Below are positions 8,614 to 15,825 of a stretch of DNA of 32,000 nt, one piece after another. Source of the DNA: Bdellovibrionales bacterium (GTDB taxonomy: Bacteria > Bdellovibrionota > Bdellovibrionia > Bdellovibrionales > UBA1609). How positions within the stretch are numbered: the first letter of the stretch is position 1; every line of letters starts with the position of its first letter. The notes beneath the pieces are model-generated. The model searched no databases and was not told the DNA's origin. It saw only the letters and a program-made list of their open reading frames with translations. Location of the stretch: positions 1,500,001 through 1,532,000 of the forward strand of contig OY843585.1 of assembly GCA_963692945.1 (NCBI GenBank), in the 5' to 3' direction. The position numbers were made by a program, and so were the translations under genes.

Positions 8614-9156
8614 TCAAAAGAAGAGTATTATGTCGACTGATATATCTGATATTTTATAGCCATCTTTTCTTTTTACAACCACTAAGCTTAAACCAGCTCG
8701 GGGTGGCGATTTACCTTTAATAGTTTTCTTAAAAACTGGTTTAATGTAGCCAGTAAGAGTATAAATTTTACTATCTACATTCACGATGGACTGTGATACT
8801 ACAAGATCCTCAACAACTAAATCTGTAGCACTTGAAGCTATTTTTTTTAAGGATCCAAGACTGCGCAAAACTCTTTCATATTTCTCTTCTATGTCTGATT
8901 CTATATTTTCATACAATATGGCTTTCATTTTTTCCATATCAAAGGTTTCATCATCAAAATAGGCTCTAATTATTGCCATATAATCTTTATTTCTCTCTTT
9001 CACCAATTCTTTTACTTTACCTTTTTTAAACCTATCAACAAATGAAGTTAAAAATGATGATGTAAATTTTCTAATATTTTTATCAGTTCTTTCCTTACTC
9101 GGAGCACAAGATACTGACATTAACAAAATAGATATTAAGAATAATTTTTTAAACAT
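8614..9156 (-). CDS. Secreted protein, probably a lipoprotein; short MlaC-like paralogue (duplication copy 1)
   Basis: The signal MFKKLFLISILLMSVSC has a Cys at a lipobox-like position. The blocks SSFLTS, YFDDETFDM, LTGYI and KRKDGYKISDISV are shared with the 9590-10138 product. An AAGGAG RBS lies upstream. Confidence 0.6.
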   Translation of the reverse strand: MFKKLFLISILLMSVSCAPSKERTDKNIRKFTSSFLTSFVDRFKKGKVKELVKERNKDYMAIIRAYFDDETFDMEKMKAILYENIESDIEEKYERVLRSLGSLKKIASSATDLVVEDLVVSQSIVNVDSKIYTLTGYIKPVFKKTIKGKSPPRAGLSLVVVKRKDGYKISDISVDIILFF

Positions 9157-9207
9157 GGAAAACTCCTTTTTTAAATTTGAACATATAACCAGCCACTCTA
9201 AATTTAG

Positions 9208-9233
9208 AGTTTACCCCCCCCATTTTTTGTCAA
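9208..9233 (-). promoter_or_regulatory. Candidate promoter with a G8 homopolymer in the spacer (copy 1)
   Basis: The minus strand reads TTGACA aaaaat GGGGGGGG TAAACT, a 14-nt spacer. The poly-C on the plus strand is at 9214-9221, about 58 nt upstream of ATG 9156. Confidence 0.35.
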
Positions 9234-9319
9234 TATTAAAATTCATAAATTTATTTTTAATGAAAATTTTTCATTTATATAGATAGATACAGGTCAAAAT
9301 AACCCTTTTTCTCCCATCC

Positions 9320-9580
9320 TTAATCTATATAATCATAGATGTAATTCAAAAAACTTATCAGATTGTTTGAAGTTCCACTCAACATTTTTCCATTAATAAA
9401 AAAAGCAGGTGTTCCAGGAATATCTGCTTTAGCTCCTACCTCAGCCATTTCCTTAACTAGTTGTTTTGTTTTAGAACTCTCTATGCATTTAAAAAAATTT
9501 TGAGAATCAAGATTCACAGTTTGCACCATATCTTTTAAATGTTCAGCGATTTTATCTTTATCAGCTTGAATACTTCTAAA
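9320..9580 (-). pseudogene. Duplicated 3' fragment of the VKOR-DsbA fusion gene (truncated remnant)
   Basis: The segment is near-identical to 10294-10550. The 69-aa ORF MVQTVNLDSQNFFKCIESSKTKQLVKEMAEVGAKADIPGTPAFFINGKMLSGTSN... equals the C-terminal 69 aa of the 395-aa protein except for about 3 residues. Homology stops abruptly at 9580/9581. Confidence 0.8.
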
Positions 9581-9589
9581 ATACTAACT

Positions 9590-10138
9590 TCAATTGAATA
9601 ATAAGGATACCATATTGACTGATATATCTGATATTTTATAACCACTTTTTCTTTTTACAATCTGTAAATTTAAATGAGGTCGGAGTGACTTATCTAGAGC
9701 AGGATTTCCAAGAACTTGAATATAACCAGTAAGAGCATAAACACTTCTATCATTATTCATAATGGACTTCCATGTTACAGGATTCTCAACAACTAAATTT
9801 GTAGCTCCTTCCTTTGAACTCTCTCTACTGATCCATGTTAAAGAGCTCACCTGATAAAGAACTCTTTTAGTTTTACTTTTTATTTTGTCAAGTTCAGTAG
9901 ATTTAATAGCTTCAAACATTTCATCCATATCAAAAGTTTCCTCATCAAAATAGGTTCTAACTATTTCCACTGCATTCTTTCCTCTTTCCAATTTGTTCCT
10001 ATGACCTTTAAAGTTATCAAATACTGAAGTTAGAAATGAAGATGCAAATTCTCTAAGATCTTCATCAACTTTTTTCTCAACTGAAAATGCAGATGCTGAC
10101 ATTAACAAAATAGATATTAAGAATAATTTTTTAAACAT
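9590..10138 (-). CDS. Secreted short MlaC-like paralogue (duplication copy 2)
   Basis: The signal is MFKKLFLISILLMSASA/FS, with no lipobox Cys. It shares the conserved blocks of the 8614-9156 product and is otherwise strongly diverged. A GGAGGGAG RBS lies upstream. Confidence 0.6.
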   Translation of the reverse strand: MFKKLFLISILLMSASAFSVEKKVDEDLREFASSFLTSVFDNFKGHRNKLERGKNAVEIVRTYFDEETFDMDEMFEAIKSTELDKIKSKTKRVLYQVSSLTWISRESSKEGATNLVVENPVTWKSIMNNDRSVYALTGYIQVLGNPALDKSLRPHLNLQIVKRKSGYKISDISVNMVSLLFN

Positions 10139-10181
10139 GGCTCCCTCCTTTTTTTTAAAATCACCACTTTAATTGGGTTAG

Positions 10182-10208
10182 AGTTTACCCCCCCCCATTT
10201 TTTGTCAA
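10182..10208 (-). promoter_or_regulatory. Candidate promoter with a G9 homopolymer in the spacer (copy 2)
   Basis: The minus strand reads TTGACA aaaaat GGGGGGGGG TAAACT, a 15-nt spacer. The poly-C on the plus strand is at 10188-10196, about 50 nt upstream of ATG 10138. Confidence 0.35.
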
Positions 10209-10293
10209 TATTAAAATTCATAAATTTATTTTTAATGAAAATTTTTCATTTATATAGATAGATACAGGACAAAATAACCCTCTTCTCCCATCC

Positions 10294-11481
10294 TTAATCT
10301 ATATAATCATAGATGTAATTCAAAAAAGCCAATAAATGATTTGAAGTTCCACTCAACATTTTTCCATTAATAAAAAAAGCAGGTGTTCCAGGAATATCTG
10401 CTTTAGCTCCTACCTCAGCCATTTCCTTAACTAGTTGTTTTGTTTTAGAACTTTCTATGCATTTAAAAAAATTTTGAGAATCAAGATTCACAGTTTGCAC
10501 CATATTTTTTAAATGTTCAGCGATTTTATCTTTATCAGCTTGAATACTTCTAAATGAAGCTTGCTTTTTAAAAATAAAATCATGAACAAGCCATCCCTTA
10601 CCTTGCTGTTTTGCACAGATAGCTGCTCTACTTAAAATACAAGTTAAACCTGTTCCTCTAAACGATATGATATCGTTGCATGTTTTATCTAAAGGAAAAA
10701 CATAAAAATGAAAAGAAACATCTGGATGATTTTTTAAAAAACTTTTTAAAGCAGGTTGAACTTTTTTACAACTAGGACACATAAAATCAGCAAATTCCAC
10801 AATAGTCATTTTAGATTTGTTAGAACCTGATTTTAAAAGTGGAGGTTTTGAAAAATGAAACACCTCTTCATGTTCCCAATCCAACAAAAGAGCTTCAAAT
10901 TGTTCAACATTATCTTTAATACCAAAATTCACTACAAAAATCATATGTAGAAAAAAAGAAATAACTAAAATAAAAGACCCTAAATAAATACCACTTTTTT
11001 CCCGAACAGAATGAAGGATAACTTTTGTAAAGGACGTGTTTAAAACATCTTTTCTAAAAACCCAAAATAAAGAAGCAAAAGCCACAAAAGACAACAAATA
11101 AGTTATCCAACAGAGAGGACAATAAAGTCTTTCTAAAAAAGAGATAGCCATCATAACTAAAGAAGTAAAAGCAATGAATCCAGACAGATAAACAGAGATT
11201 ATTTTCCAATAAGATGTTTTAAAAAATCCCCATAAGAAAAAAAGTAAAAGGAAAGAAAGGCTGAAATTAAAACCAAATCCAAAATTAGACAAAGAGACAT
11301 TAAAAACTTTAGAATAAGGTGATAGTAAGGCTGAATCACAGTTGATTGTTTCACTGATATTACAAATAGCACTTGCTTGAGCCACACCGGCTGTGAGCTG
11401 GTAGGAACGGTTGGTCAGATAAAAATGTATACAACTTGAAATAAGAGCAGCTACAAAGGCTAAAATGATCCATTTCCTCAT
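10294..11481 (-). CDS. VKOR (vitamin K epoxide reductase homologue) fused to a DsbA/thioredoxin-like domain; disulfide-bond formation
   Basis: The N-terminal half is polytopic membrane. It has the loop cysteines CNISETINC followed by SPYSKVF, and the membrane CxxC LYCPLCW, which together are VKOR signatures. The C-terminal half has the DsbA-type FADFMCPSCKK and GTPAFFINGK. Confidence 0.8.
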   Translation of the reverse strand: MRKWIILAFVAALISSCIHFYLTNRSYQLTAGVAQASAICNISETINCDSALLSPYSKVFNVSLSNFGFGFNFSLSFLLLFFLWGFFKTSYWKIISVYLSGFIAFTSLVMMAISFLERLYCPLCWITYLLSFVAFASLFWVFRKDVLNTSFTKVILHSVREKSGIYLGSFILVISFFLHMIFVVNFGIKDNVEQFEALLLDWEHEEVFHFSKPPLLKSGSNKSKMTIVEFADFMCPSCKKVQPALKSFLKNHPDVSFHFYVFPLDKTCNDIISFRGTGLTCILSRAAICAKQQGKGWLVHDFIFKKQASFRSIQADKDKIAEHLKNMVQTVNLDSQNFFKCIESSKTKQLVKEMAEVGAKADIPGTPAFFINGKMLSGTSNHLLAFLNYIYDYID

Positions 11482-11564
11482 ACTATTTCTTTACTCAATA
11501 AAAGATCATTATGCAAAAGTTTTTTCTTGTTTTCAATCAACACTATAAGTAATAATAACTTAAA

Positions 11565-13277
11565 ATGTCTTTTTCTATCAAAGATCAAGGGTCTTTCTCA
11601 CAAATTAAAAAAGAACTCGCTTCTTCTCTCTCTCAAATTCTAAACTTAGAAGAAAAAGACATTTACTCTCATTTAGAACAACCTATTCAAAAAAAACATG
11701 GTCATTTAGCCCTACCTATATTCCCTTTTTCCAAGCTAAAAAAACAAAACCCAAAAGAATTGGCTGAAGAAATGGCTTTACAAATTAAAAAGAAAAAACC
11801 ACCTACTTTAGAAACCATTGAAACAATTTCTGGTTTCATTAACTTCCATTTTAAGAAAAATTATATAAAATCTCATCTAGAAAAACTTCTCTCTAAAAAA
11901 AATCTAGCCTTTTTTAAAAATTCCAATCAGGAACATTGGGTTATAGATTTTGCTTCTCCCAATGTGGCGAAATACATGAATATAGGACATTTAAGAGCAA
12001 CCGTGATAGGTCAAGCTCTTGTTAATCTATCTCGTCAGTTTGACCATAAAGTCACAACACTGAATCATTTAGGAGATTGGGGAAGTCAATTTGGAAAACT
12101 TTTATGGGCTTATCAAAAATGGCACAAAGAATATGACTTTGAACACAATCCTTTTGAAACTCTTGTTAAACTTTATGTAAGATTTCATAAAGAAGCAGAA
12201 CAAGATCCTAAAAAATTAAAACAAGCTACAGATTTATTTCAAAAATTAGAAGTAGGAGATTCTGTTTTAGAAAAACTTTGGGAAAAATTTGTGGACTTAT
12301 CTTTAAAAAATTATGACAAATACTGGAAATACCTCAATGTAAAACATGATTTAGTCTTAGGAGAATCTTTTTACAGAAAATTTACAGAAGATTTAAAATC
12401 TCGTTTAAAGAAAAAAAATCTACTAGAAAAAAGTGAAGGTGCAGAGGTTGTATTTTTAGAGGATACACCTCCTTGCCTCATTATAAAAAGTGATGGAGCT
12501 TCCACTTATGGAGCAAGAGATTTATCCAGTGCCATTTACAGATTTGAAACTTTAAAAGCTGATAAAAATATTTACATCACAGGAACAGATCAAAAACTTC
12601 ATTTTAAACAAATTTTTCAAACTTTAAAAAAGATGGAGATTCCGAGTGAAAACTGTTTGCATTTATCTTTTGGTATGTATCGCTTTAAGGGTGAAGGTAA
12701 AATGTCCACAAGAAAGGGACAATCTATTTATTTAAAAGATGTCATTCAACAAGCCATTGAAAGAGTACAAAAAATTATTGAAGAACGAAGACCTCAATTA
12801 GACAACAAAGATAAAATTGCGAAACAAGTTGGTATAGGAGCCATTGTATTTAATGATTTGATTAATGACCGTATCAAAGATGTAGATTTTGATTGGAATA
12901 AAGTTTTGGATTTTGAAGGAAACTCTGGCCCCTTTGTTCAATACACCCATGTTCGCTGCCTCAGTTTATTAAAAAAAGTAAAAGGTGATATAAAAAAAAC
13001 ATTTTCTAAAGAACCTTTCACAGAAGAAGAAATGAATTTAATTTGGTTGCTTCTTATCTTTGAAGAATCTGTCTTGCAATCTTTTAAACATTTCAAACCA
13101 CATATTTTAGCAAGGTATCTCTTAGATTTATCTAGAGGGTTCAATCGCTTTTATGCTTCGGAACGCATTTTGGATTCAAATAGAAAAGAAGATCTTATCC
13201 TCCTTGTTGACACTGTTCGTCGCATTCTTCATAAAGGACTGAGTATTTTAAATGTACCAACTCCTTCAGCCATGTAG
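11565..13277 (+). CDS. argS: Arginine--tRNA ligase
   Basis: A 570-aa protein. It has the class-I HIGH-region FASPNVAKYMNIGHLRATVIG, GDWGSQFG, the KMSK-equivalent GKMSTRKG, an anticodon-binding DALR-type C-terminus, and ends in ...PSAM. Confidence 0.9.
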   Translation: MSFSIKDQGSFSQIKKELASSLSQILNLEEKDIYSHLEQPIQKKHGHLALPIFPFSKLKKQNPKELAEEMALQIKKKKPPTLETIETISGFINFHFKKNYIKSHLEKLLSKKNLAFFKNSNQEHWVIDFASPNVAKYMNIGHLRATVIGQALVNLSRQFDHKVTTLNHLGDWGSQFGKLLWAYQKWHKEYDFEHNPFETLVKLYVRFHKEAEQDPKKLKQATDLFQKLEVGDSVLEKLWEKFVDLSLKNYDKYWKYLNVKHDLVLGESFYRKFTEDLKSRLKKKNLLEKSEGAEVVFLEDTPPCLIIKSDGASTYGARDLSSAIYRFETLKADKNIYITGTDQKLHFKQIFQTLKKMEIPSENCLHLSFGMYRFKGEGKMSTRKGQSIYLKDVIQQAIERVQKIIEERRPQLDNKDKIAKQVGIGAIVFNDLINDRIKDVDFDWNKVLDFEGNSGPFVQYTHVRCLSLLKKVKGDIKKTFSKEPFTEEEMNLIWLLLIFEESVLQSFKHFKPHILARYLLDLSRGFNRFYASERILDSNRKEDLILLVDTVRRILHKGLSILNVPTPSAM

Positions 13278-13317
13278 TGCATTTGTGAAATCAATATTTT
13301 TTTGTTATAAGTAGTCC

Positions 13318-14814
13318 ATGAAAAAGCACCACTTAAGAGTTTACTCCTCTAAAGAGAATCTTCCTAAGGAAGAGCAACTGGCATGGAAACTAGCCCAAGT
13401 CGCTCTTGACCCCGCGTCTATTTCCCAAGAGGTCAAAGATATGGTTATCAATCGTATTATTGATAATGCTTCAGTGGCTATAGCCTCTATTCATCGTAAT
13501 CCTGTTTTACATGCCAGAGAGCAGGCTTTAGGACATTTGGTAAAAAAAGGAGCGACTCTTTTTGGTGTTGATAATAAATATCAGTTTAGTGCAGAGTGGA
13601 GTGCTTGGGCTAATGGAACGGCTGTGAGAGAGTTAGATTTTCACGACACCTATTTAGCAGCTGACTACTCTCACCCAGCAGATAATATTCCCCCTATTTT
13701 AGCAGTGGCTCAACAAACAAGACAAAATGGAAAAAAATTATTGGAAGCTCTAGTTGCTGCTTATGAAATTCACATCAGTTTAGTCAAAGCCATTTGTCTC
13801 CATAAACACAAAATAGACCACATTGCTCATCTCTGCCCAGCTCAAGTCGCAGGCTTAGGTGTTTTATTAAAAATGAGTCCTGAACGACTCTATCAAGCCA
13901 TACAACAGGCTGTTCATGTTTCTTTCACCACTCGTCAATCCCGTAAAGGAGAAATCTCTAGTTGGAAAGCTTATGCACCTGCTTTCTCTGGAAAAATGGC
14001 TATTGAATCGATTGACCGTAGCCTTCGTGGAGAAAATTCCCCCTCTCCTATTTATGAAGGGGAAGATTCTGTGATCGCTTGGATGTTGGATGGCTCTCAA
14101 GCTTCCTATGAAGTCCCTCTTGTTGAACAAGGAGAAGAAAAAAGATCTATTTTAGAATCCTACACAAAAGCTCACTCCGCAGAATATCAATCCCAAGCTC
14201 TCATTGATCTGGCTTTTGAGCTGAGAGAAAAAATCAAAGATTTTTCTCAAATCAAGGAAATTACAATACACACATCCCACCACACTCATTATGTGATTGG
14301 AACAGGAGCTGGCGATCCTCAAAAAATGAATCCAAGATCTAGTCGGGAAACTTTAGATCACAGTATTATGTATATTTTTGCTGTGGCTTTAGAAGACGGG
14401 AAATGGCATCATATTGATTCTTACACAAGGCAAAGGGCTACAAAAGACAGTACTGTGCGGTTGTGGCAAAAAATTAAAACCTGTGAAGAAGAAATATGGA
14501 CAAAACGCTACCATGACCCTGACCCACAATCTCGCTCTTTTGGTGGACGAGTGGAGGTGAAACTTCAAGATAATAGTTTGATTACGGGTGAGAAAAAAGT
14601 GGCTGACGCTCATCCTAATGGTAAAAAGCCTTATACCAGAAAAGATTATATCCATAAATTTAAAACTCTAACGGATTCTTTGATTTCTAAAAAAGAAAGC
14701 GAAAGATTTTTAAATTTAGTTCAGGACTTAGAAAAACTAACAACAGATCAAATTTGTGAATTGAATGTGCAAGCAGGATTGCCTATTGTTTCTAAAAGTA
14801 AAGGTATTTTTTAG
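13318..14814 (+). CDS. prpD: MmgE/PrpD family protein (2-methylcitrate dehydratase-like)
   Basis: A 498-aa protein whose full length resembles PrpD: VINRIIDNASVAIAS, ELDFHDTYLAADYSHPADNI, AHSAEYQ and the C-terminal HPNGKKPYTRKDYIHKF. No prpB or prpC is nearby, so the exact activity is uncertain. Confidence 0.75.
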   Translation: MKKHHLRVYSSKENLPKEEQLAWKLAQVALDPASISQEVKDMVINRIIDNASVAIASIHRNPVLHAREQALGHLVKKGATLFGVDNKYQFSAEWSAWANGTAVRELDFHDTYLAADYSHPADNIPPILAVAQQTRQNGKKLLEALVAAYEIHISLVKAICLHKHKIDHIAHLCPAQVAGLGVLLKMSPERLYQAIQQAVHVSFTTRQSRKGEISSWKAYAPAFSGKMAIESIDRSLRGENSPSPIYEGEDSVIAWMLDGSQASYEVPLVEQGEEKRSILESYTKAHSAEYQSQALIDLAFELREKIKDFSQIKEITIHTSHHTHYVIGTGAGDPQKMNPRSSRETLDHSIMYIFAVALEDGKWHHIDSYTRQRATKDSTVRLWQKIKTCEEEIWTKRYHDPDPQSRSFGGRVEVKLQDNSLITGEKKVADAHPNGKKPYTRKDYIHKFKTLTDSLISKKESERFLNLVQDLEKLTTDQICELNVQAGLPIVSKSKGIF

Positions 14815-15100
14815 TTTAACATGAAAATTCTTTTTAATCTATTGATGAACTAAGAGATTATTAACTGACAAAAATATTTTTTATAATGTCTAAAAAAGGC
14901 TAAAAACAATTTTACTAACTATTCATAAATTAAAAAAATCATTTTTATAAATGTAAAGTATTATCTTTGAAGTTTTAATAGTTGCAAAGTTAGATTTGAA
15001 AGAGTAATTTATTTGCTTTTGCGTCATAACAGAAAAATACATTCTTTTCATTTTTTTATAAATTTGGAATAATAATTGCATACTACATGCAGAGGGCTTC

Positions 15101-15685
15101 ATGACGAAAAAAATGATTTATAAAATTTATAAACAAATTACATTTTATCACAAAAAATATTTAAAACAATGTGGTGTAAATCTCCCAAAATTAAAAAACA
15201 ACACAGGTTCTTATACAAAAAATGCCTTAATATTGATTTATTTAAGCCAAGATTACCCTAATACAAAAAAAGTAACAAAGCAGGAATTAACTCAATTCAT
15301 AAGAAAATATTATCCTAATGTAAATGATGTTCAACAAGCAAGACACTTAGGAGCACAACAAGGATGGTGGATTGCGGCAGGAGGAAGAGATAATATTGTT
15401 GTGTCTTTAAAGATAGGAGAATATCAGATTTATACATTGAAAGAACCTTATCCTGGTTTTACAAGAAATAAAAGACAAACAAGCATTTCTAGTTGGGATG
15501 ATATAAAAAAGTATTATTCTTATAGATGTGCAACTTGTGGTTCCAAAGAAAATGAACCTCATTTTCATTGGCCAAAAACAAAAACAAAATTACAGAAAGG
15601 TCACAAAAATCCTGAAAAACCTTTAACTAAACAAAATATTATACCTCAATGTCAAAAATGCAATAGAGCAGATAGAAATAGGTGA
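15101..15685 (+). CDS. HNH (beta-beta-alpha-Me, zinc CxxC...CxxC) endonuclease, putative type II restriction enzyme; possibly C-terminally truncated
   Basis: The C-terminus is YRCATCGSKENEPHFHWP...KGHKNPEKPLTKQNIIPQCQKCNRADRNR, an HNH motif flanked by two CxxC pairs. The gene lies immediately upstream of a DNA methyltransferase. The frame stays open past the TGA at 15683 up to 15829 (see findings). Confidence 0.6.
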   Translation: MTKKMIYKIYKQITFYHKKYLKQCGVNLPKLKNNTGSYTKNALILIYLSQDYPNTKKVTKQELTQFIRKYYPNVNDVQQARHLGAQQGWWIAAGGRDNIVVSLKIGEYQIYTLKEPYPGFTRNKRQTSISSWDDIKKYYSYRCATCGSKENEPHFHWPKTKTKLQKGHKNPEKPLTKQNIIPQCQKCNRADRNR

Positions 15686-15825
15686 GTTTATGACAATAAA
15701 GGAAGAGTCATTAAGCTTGCGAATGCAGATGTATTGAAAAGCTGTTCCAAGTCTGTGCAAAAAAAAACTTATAGAATTTTATATAAAAAATATAAAGGCA
15801 TACACCCCAATAAAATGAGTAAAAA

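Larger units (their letters stand above)
8602..10550. repeat. Tandem segmental duplication, two units of ~975-980 bp (8602-9580 and 9582-10550)
   Basis: Each unit contains an MlaC-like gene, its upstream region, and the first ~260 nt downstream of the vkor-dsbA stop side (the gene's 3' end). The stretches ~9100-9580 and ~10080-10550 are almost identical by eye. The gene bodies are far more diverged. Confidence 0.85.

Noticed and set aside
9320-9529. A 69-aa ORF that could be called as a small thioredoxin-like gene.
   Set aside because: It is a near-exact copy of the last 69 codons of the 395-aa VKOR-DsbA gene, created by the tandem duplication. It lacks the CPSC active site and any RBS-like context. 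It is annotated as a pseudogene fragment.
15077-15091. The palindrome TGCATactacATGCA just upstream of the restriction endonuclease start. It might be a controller-protein operator or the system's own recognition site.
   Set aside because: It has only 5-bp arms, no C-protein gene is present, and such short palindromes are expected by chance in 32 kb.
15683-15685. The idea that TGA encodes Trp (genetic code 4) or selenocysteine, which would explain the open frame after the REase stop.
   Set aside because: TGA ends well-supported genes at their expected lengths, for example rSAM B at 6474-6476 and hpt at 23219-23221. Trp is encoded by TGG throughout. I noticed no SECIS-like hairpin immediately downstream. 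A nonsense mutation or a genuine stop is more parsimonious.
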